Shown piece after piece: positions 58,666 through 64,000 of a stretch of DNA of 64,000 nt; position 1 is the first letter of the stretch, and every line of letters begins with the position of its first letter. Source of the stretch: an uncultured Candidatus Saccharibacteria bacterium (GTDB lineage: Bacteria > Patescibacteriota > Minisyncoccia > Phycocordibacterales > Phycocordibacteraceae). The stretch spans positions 359,250-423,249 of the forward strand of contig CAZZAT010000001.1 of assembly GCA_964652615.1 (NCBI GenBank). The letters are read 5' to 3'. Made by a program: the position numbers and the translations under genes. The notes beneath the pieces are model-generated. The model worked only from the letters and a program-made list of their open reading frames with translations. It was not told where the DNA came from and did no database searches.

Positions 58666-59406
58666 ATGGAAAATCTTGAGACTATCGCACGCAAACATTT
58701 TAATTCCACAGCTAAGGAAGCGGCTGATGGTTCATATGAGGAACGGCGTTGGATGCGCAATGCACGCACCAAGGAGCAATTTACTGCTGCGGAGATTTTT
58801 ATTACCAGCCACTTTATTCCAAGAATAAAGGGCGCACGCGCGATTATGGAGCTTGGCCCTGGTCCTGGGACATGGACCCGCTGTATAGCGTCTGCAATCC
58901 CAAAAGCAAAGATTGTCCTCGTGGATATTTCTAAAGAGATGCTTACGCGAGCATCGAATGCTATAGCGCCACATCCTACAGAACTTCGGGAAGGGGATTT
59001 CCTTTCCGTTGCAACGGAGGTTGGGGAAGTAGATGCTTTCTTCTCAAGTCGTGCCATTGAGTATGTTTCTGATAAACGTGCGGCAGTTGCAAAGATTGCA
59101 AGCGTGATGACTTCGAATGCATATGGGTGCATCATCACAAAGATGCCAAAAACGACTGTGAATCGAATACGTAGATATACACCTTCCGATTTACATCAAA
59201 AACAAGTTTACCCAAAAGTATTGAAGCAACTCTTAGCAGAAGCAGAATTATCATCACTACAGCTATATCCAGTTACGATGAGTGTTCCATTTCTACGCTC
59301 TGCTGCTGCGGATCGTTTGGTGAACACCTTCTTTTCAAGGTTTCCCCTAAATCCTTTGTCAGCACTTTTCGCAGAATCGTATGCAATTATATTTCGCAAG
59401 CCATGA
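58666..59406 (+). CDS. class I SAM-dependent methyltransferase
   Basis: 'IMELGPGPGTWT' motif I. Confidence 0.7.
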   Translation: MENLETIARKHFNSTAKEAADGSYEERRWMRNARTKEQFTAAEIFITSHFIPRIKGARAIMELGPGPGTWTRCIASAIPKAKIVLVDISKEMLTRASNAIAPHPTELREGDFLSVATEVGEVDAFFSSRAIEYVSDKRAAVAKIASVMTSNAYGCIITKMPKTTVNRIRRYTPSDLHQKQVYPKVLKQLLAEAELSSLQLYPVTMSVPFLRSAAADRLVNTFFSRFPLNPLSALFAESYAIIFRKP

Positions 59407-60764
59407 GTAGTTTCAAAAATGATTTTAGTGGAAGCAAACTGCTCTTTTATAGTAAGAACACATCTAGTCGGTTGCTCGCAGATTTTATACAGGACCACAA
59501 AGAGATTGATACTCAATCTTTAACTGACTTTCTTCTTTTCGGTACTGTTCTGCCACCTCGAAGTCCATTGCAGGGAGTTTCGCAACTGTTTCCAGGAGAA
59601 CAGCAAGATAATGGAGAATCACACTTTGCATATCTTGATCTCGGATACGAAATTTCCAAGAAAAAATTGAGCGAATTTGTTGACGCATTTGATATGCAGC
59701 TCGAAGCATATTTCAAGCGCAATCAAAGCACGCAGACAGTCTTGTTGTCTGGCGGAATTGATTCGGCAATTCTTCTCAGTTATCTACCTCGTGGCGCTTC
59801 TTGTATTACTTGGGGAGGTAAGGGGGAGCAGACAGACGATGTTCGTTATTCTCGTGTCACTGCGGAACGGTTTGGCGTTGCGAAGCATGACTTTGCTTTT
59901 GCTAATTACGAACAAGACTTCGCACTGTATGAGAAGGCGGTACGAGCATTAAAAATACCTCTTCTTTTTAATAGTTCCGTTCCATTTCTTAGAATGGCAG
60001 AAGTTGGTCGCGATAATGCTGTCGATAGTTGGCTTGTTGGACAGAACGCCGATACGCTTTTTATGTCGTATCCAGCCCCAGTTCTTACTAAATGGTTGTC
60101 GCAATTAAATGCGTTCGTTCCACTAAACCCAATTTCATTTCTTCAGTTTCGTCGATCGTATCTTTTCTCAACTCCAAGCGCCGTGCGCCTTCTTGCGTAT
60201 TTTAAGTCACTTGGCGTATATCCTGGACAGTGGTTCTCTGTACCCGACTCTTATTTCAAGAACAAGGAAGATCTGTACAATAAGATTCCTGCACGCAACC
60301 TTGAACAACGCATTATTGCCTTCGAAGAGATTCTAACCGAGTCTCGTCGTAATCAAATATGCCAGAATGAGATTCCTGCTCTTTCAGGAATAACTTCCCT
60401 CTGTCCGTATTACGAGCAAGAAATTGTACAACTTGCGCTATCAGTTCCTCCTTCTCTAAGACGTTTAGGTAAATATGGGAAGGTTATCTTGAAAGAATTG
60501 GCTCGGAAGCGCGGTGTTCCAGAAGAGGTCATTTTTAAGAAAAAGTCAGGTCTTTCATATGGTCTTAATAACGTTCTGGACGATAGTAAGTATTTATTAC
60601 TATGGGACCGTATGGAGGAAGATCCAGATCTTAATCGTCTTATTGATGTAAAAAGGTTACGTGCTCATGAGGAGAAAAACTACCTCACCTTTATTATGCT
60701 TATGAGTCTTCACTATTGGTTCGAGTTTGTTGCGCGTCCAGAGGGGTTACGTATGCCAGAATAG
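59403..60764 (+). CDS. asparagine synthetase-like amidotransferase (PP-loop synthetase domain; N-terminal glutaminase Cys absent)
   Basis: 'TVLLSGGIDSAILLSYL' (the SGGxDS PP-loop); the N-terminus lacks the MCGI nucleophile. Confidence 0.65.
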   Translation: MSSFKNDFSGSKLLFYSKNTSSRLLADFIQDHKEIDTQSLTDFLLFGTVLPPRSPLQGVSQLFPGEQQDNGESHFAYLDLGYEISKKKLSEFVDAFDMQLEAYFKRNQSTQTVLLSGGIDSAILLSYLPRGASCITWGGKGEQTDDVRYSRVTAERFGVAKHDFAFANYEQDFALYEKAVRALKIPLLFNSSVPFLRMAEVGRDNAVDSWLVGQNADTLFMSYPAPVLTKWLSQLNAFVPLNPISFLQFRRSYLFSTPSAVRLLAYFKSLGVYPGQWFSVPDSYFKNKEDLYNKIPARNLEQRIIAFEEILTESRRNQICQNEIPALSGITSLCPYYEQEIVQLALSVPPSLRRLGKYGKVILKELARKRGVPEEVIFKKKSGLSYGLNNVLDDSKYLLLWDRMEEDPDLNRLIDVKRLRAHEEKNYLTFIMLMSLHYWFEFVARPEGLRMPE

Positions 60765-60775
60765 GATCTAATACT

Positions 60776-61384
60776 ATGGTACTCGAATTAGTTGGTATGC
60801 CTGGGGGAGGGAAATCAACGCTTGCTCACTTTCTTACTCACGAAAGCGGCATTCCGACAATCTCTCCAAAGGGAAAGGCCATGCTTCTACTAAGGAGTAT
60901 GTGGTTTATAGTTTTTCATCCTTGGCTATGTATTCCTCTCATGTTATTGGTGGCAAAAGAAAGTAGTTCCATGGATGAATATTGGTTTAAGACTTTAAAT
61001 CTTGTTATTTACCCAGCCGCGAAGCAAACTTTTCAAAAAGGTGTTATAGACCAAGGCTTTTTACAAAGCATTATTTCTATTCCAGAACGAGCTCTTTCAA
61101 AAGAAGAACTAGCAAAACTACTTAATCATCTCCCGCACGAAAATACAATCATTCTTGTTTCAGTGTCTGAAGAGGAGTCAACTCGCCGCATCAAGGATAG
61201 GTCGTATAGAGTGCGAGATACACAAGGGGAAGAGGTATTTCAGCGTAAACTTACATATATGCGTGCAAACCTCGAGACCCTCAAAATAGTACTTGCATCA
61301 ACTAAACGAACGTATACAGTGGTCGATGGCAACCTCCCACCACATAACCTCTATGACGCTGTCCACTCCTTCGTCTTCCCGTAA
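60776..61384 (+). CDS. hypothetical P-loop NTPase/kinase-like protein
   Basis: 'LVGMPGGGKSTLAHFL' Walker A only. Confidence 0.4.
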   Translation: MVLELVGMPGGGKSTLAHFLTHESGIPTISPKGKAMLLLRSMWFIVFHPWLCIPLMLLVAKESSSMDEYWFKTLNLVIYPAAKQTFQKGVIDQGFLQSIISIPERALSKEELAKLLNHLPHENTIILVSVSEEESTRRIKDRSYRVRDTQGEEVFQRKLTYMRANLETLKIVLASTKRTYTVVDGNLPPHNLYDAVHSFVFP

Positions 61385-62966
61385 GATTCCTTGCACGATT
61401 GGTATTCTCACTTATAACTCAAGCGCCACGCTTGCTCGCGCTCTAGAAAGTGCAAAAGAGTTTGATGAACTCCTTATTGCTGATGGGGGGAGTACAGATG
61501 CAACTCTCTCAATTGCAAAACAATATGGTTGTCGAGTAGTTTCTCAAAGTCGTCCAGGCAAACCTATTGACGATTTCGCGAAGGAAAAGAATCGTCTCTT
61601 AGACGCAGCAACGCACGACTGGTTCTTTTGCCTTGATTCAGACGAATACCTTTCTCCAGAACTCGTGTCTGAACTGCGTGTCATTTGTTCTGAACAAAAT
61701 CCTCAACACCTAATATATAACGTGCCATGGAAGGTTGTTAGCGCAGATTTGCGTACGGTATATCGTTCGTTCAAAAAGTACTATCAGTACCGATTCTTTA
61801 ATCGTCGCTCCGGCGCACGCTTCATTCGGAAGATTCATGAGCGTGTCGTGTTTGACACTAAACAATATGTGCCCGGGAAGCTCAGCGGAGCATGGTTAGT
61901 GCCTCTTGATGAACAACTTAACTTTCCTATATATAAAGGGAAGATTGATCATAGGGCACGCGTTATGGTCGCTGAACGTCCGCCAACTTCCTTTCTCTCA
62001 TACGTAAATCGCGCCAGCATTGCTCCGATACGCAACAGCACCAAGCAGATCATTAAATTTATATGGTTACGTATTCGGTATCCATGGAATGAGCTTCCAC
62101 CGGCGCGCTACGAGCTATATAAACTCTATGCACAGATAGTGTTTGTAAAAGAAGCAACACGACAATACGGCATACACCTTACGCAACAAGCTAAAGTCTT
62201 GTTGTATATATTTGCCTACACACTGCGGTCACTTTACCGCCTTATCAATCGTCGCCCTGAAGTAGTGGTACTTATGTATCACGGCATTAATACAGAGAAG
62301 AGTAAACTCTCCGTTACTCCAGAGTCTTTCGAACGTCAGATGGCGTTTCTTGCTAAGCACATGCACCCCGTATCTCTGCATGAGGTTGTAGAGTACGTGC
62401 AAGGCAAGCGCACGCTTTTAGACAAGAGTGTGGCAGTCACTTTTGATGATGGTTATGAGGATTTTCTTATCTACGCCGCTCCAGTTTTTCGCGCGTATCA
62501 TGTGCCAGTTACCCTTTTTGTTCCAGGGCTAGATTCAGTAGAGACTGATGCTGCTGGTAGTCCTCGTCTAACATGGGATGCGCTTCGTGAACTCGAAAAG
62601 GATGAACTAGTTAGCATTGAAGTACATGGTTTATCTCACCGCCCACTTCCGAGCCTGGCGCAAAAAGAACTTGTCTTAGAGGTTGTTGGCGCTCGGGACG
62701 CATATACAAACGAGCTTGGACATGCGCCGCACTACTTTGCATATCCGTACGGAGCCCGAAACGATGCTGCAGAAAAACTTGTAAAGGAGACATATAAAGC
62801 AGGCTTCTCGATTACAGAAGGATTAGTGCGCCCCCATAGCTCGATTACAGCTATTCGTCGCACCCAAATAGATGGCACAATGGGATATACACTATTTCGT
62901 TTGCGCCTTACGGGTGCGGTTTCTGTGGTCCGTTGGATAATGGGTTCTCTTCGAGGTAAGGCATAG
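61353..62966 (+). CDS. fusion protein: N-terminal GT2 glycosyltransferase + C-terminal NodB-type polysaccharide deacetylase
   Basis: 'CTIGILTYNSSATLARALES...ELLIADGGSTDAT...CLDSDEY' (GT2 DxD) and 'VVVLMYHGI...VAVTFDDGYEDF' (NodB motif 1, TFDDG). Confidence 0.65.
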   Translation: MTLSTPSSSRKIPCTIGILTYNSSATLARALESAKEFDELLIADGGSTDATLSIAKQYGCRVVSQSRPGKPIDDFAKEKNRLLDAATHDWFFCLDSDEYLSPELVSELRVICSEQNPQHLIYNVPWKVVSADLRTVYRSFKKYYQYRFFNRRSGARFIRKIHERVVFDTKQYVPGKLSGAWLVPLDEQLNFPIYKGKIDHRARVMVAERPPTSFLSYVNRASIAPIRNSTKQIIKFIWLRIRYPWNELPPARYELYKLYAQIVFVKEATRQYGIHLTQQAKVLLYIFAYTLRSLYRLINRRPEVVVLMYHGINTEKSKLSVTPESFERQMAFLAKHMHPVSLHEVVEYVQGKRTLLDKSVAVTFDDGYEDFLIYAAPVFRAYHVPVTLFVPGLDSVETDAAGSPRLTWDALRELEKDELVSIEVHGLSHRPLPSLAQKELVLEVVGARDAYTNELGHAPHYFAYPYGARNDAAEKLVKETYKAGFSITEGLVRPHSSITAIRRTQIDGTMGYTLFRLRLTGAVSVVRWIMGSLRGKA

Positions 62967-63013
62967 TCAAAAGAGATGTTGGAAAATTCATCACACTAGC
63001 TGGTTTTTAAATT

Positions 63014-64000
63014 TTAACGGGAGCGAATCATTAGTGTCACTGCTAACAAGAAAGACATGAAGTTTGAAAGCAGTCTGCCAATAATAAGACCCCAAAGACC
63101 GTAAAAAAGGATACCGCCAAGCTGTAGTATCAACTGAGCGATTGGAGAAATTATATTAAAGATATACAGATCTCGAATATTTCGCTCAGCAGTCAAGCCT
63201 GTCGTGAAGAGCCCTGCGAGAGATGTAATAACGGTTAGAGAATAGATTTGGGTATAGGGAATGACTTCGGTATAGGCAGGAAAGAGAAGCGAAAATATAA
63301 ATGGGGCAATAAGTGCGTACAGGCCAGCAATAAGTCCAGTTGCGAGTACTGCCCACCAAATTCTCGGTCCGAATGCTTCTTGTATCTTAGAGGGAGCCTT
63401 TTTGGATAGCTTCGGGAGAGCTGCGCTTTGGATAAATTTGAAGAAAACACCAAGACGTTCAGGAATTGCTGTCGCAAAGCTATACCGGGCCAGGTCAATT
63501 GGGCCTAGGAAATAGAAAGCAAAAACGGTATCAAGTTGAGTTGCGATTGCAGATAGTAGATTCATTACGCTTAGGTGTCGTCCGTAAGGAACCATAGCTG
63601 GGTCTGTATTTGTTGTCGGCTTATAGGCATGTAGCGTTCGTCGGTATGCGATATAGAGCGCGAGCGTTTGTGTTGCAAGACCAGCTGCGATAAGCAGAAG
63701 TGCGGTAGGAGAAAGAAACGAAATAACAATAAGCACTGCATAATAAGGAACATTCCATCCCATGCCATAGAAAAACCCGCGTCTGAAGTCTTTTTTGCCG
63801 TTCAAATATGAGGCATATAGATTGAATGATGCCGAGAGGGGTATAAGAAAAGCGATTACAATAAATCCACTAGCAAGAAGAGTGTTTTCGTTAAGAAAAT
63901 AATAAAGACTCATCACTAGTGAGCCAAATGCAGGAATGAAACCCCAACGGAGCTGGGTTCGTACAGCTTCTCTAAGTGCTCCTTCGTATCCTTGAGCAAC
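63014..64000 (-). CDS. polysaccharide biosynthesis/flippase-like multi-TM protein (MOP/Wzx-like), N-terminus beyond window end
   Basis: At least eight TM helices; the frame is open upstream of the first Met to the window edge. Confidence 0.45.
   Translation of the reverse strand, partial: VAQGYEGALREAVRTQLRWGFIPAFGSLVMSLYYFLNENTLLASGFIVIAFLIPLSASFNLYASYLNGKKDFRRGFFYGMGWNVPYYAVLIVISFLSPTALLLIAAGLATQTLALYIAYRRTLHAYKPTTNTDPAMVPYGRHLSVMNLLSAIATQLDTVFAFYFLGPIDLARYSFATAIPERLGVFFKFIQSAALPKLSKKAPSKIQEAFGPRIWWAVLATGLIAGLYALIAPFIFSLLFPAYTEVIPYTQIYSLTVITSLAGLFTTGLTAERNIRDLYIFNIISPIAQLILQLGGILFYGLWGLIIGRLLSNFMSFLLAVTLMIRSR

Overview
This 64 kb window looks like a compact, coding-dense genome from a CPR/Patescibacteria-like bacterium. 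That placement is inference from sequence alone: three of the five rRNA insertions are introns (two carrying LAGLIDADG endonucleases), pyrH is archaeal-type, most genes lack Shine-Dalgarno motifs, and surface-glycan and giant orphan genes are prominent.

- **Housekeeping content:** glyQS, metG, rpsF-ssb-rpsR, efp, recA, ftsK, rplJ-rplL, secDF, folD, murD-murC, rsmI, tatD and a SEDS (FtsW/RodA) gene.
- **rRNA arrangement:** a 23S-5S unit at about 20.3-25.3 kb lies upstream, on the same strand, of a 16S-tRNA-Ile(GAU) unit at about 40.2-43.2 kb, with about 15 kb of protein genes between them.
- **23S insertions:**
  - a 288-nt intervening sequence closed by a perfect 20-bp stem that contains a tRNA-like element ending in TCCA;
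  - a 183-nt ORF-less insert at the L1931 site;
  - a 547-nt ORF-less intron at the L2593 peptidyl-transferase site;
  - an 802-nt intron encoding a LAGLIDADG homing endonuclease inside the sarcin-ricin loop sequence.
- **16S features:** an 836-nt LAGLIDADG-encoding insertion sits at the decoding centre (about C1399/C1400), and the 3' tail reads AUAUCC where the CCUCC anti-Shine-Dalgarno should be.
- **Other notable content:**
  - a 1285-aa orphan membrane protein with a compositional break midway;
  - a HerA/VirD4-like (DUF87) ATPase with a long proline/glutamate/lysine-rich tail;
  - a large surface-glycan locus at 52.8-64 kb;
  - a second, smaller glycan locus at 27.4-31.1 kb;
  - a hyper-acidic peptidoglycan-binding secreted protein;
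  - a bacterial SET-domain protein;
  - a 600-bp non-coding region.

No CRISPR array was found. All calls rest on motif recognition by eye; no database searches were run.
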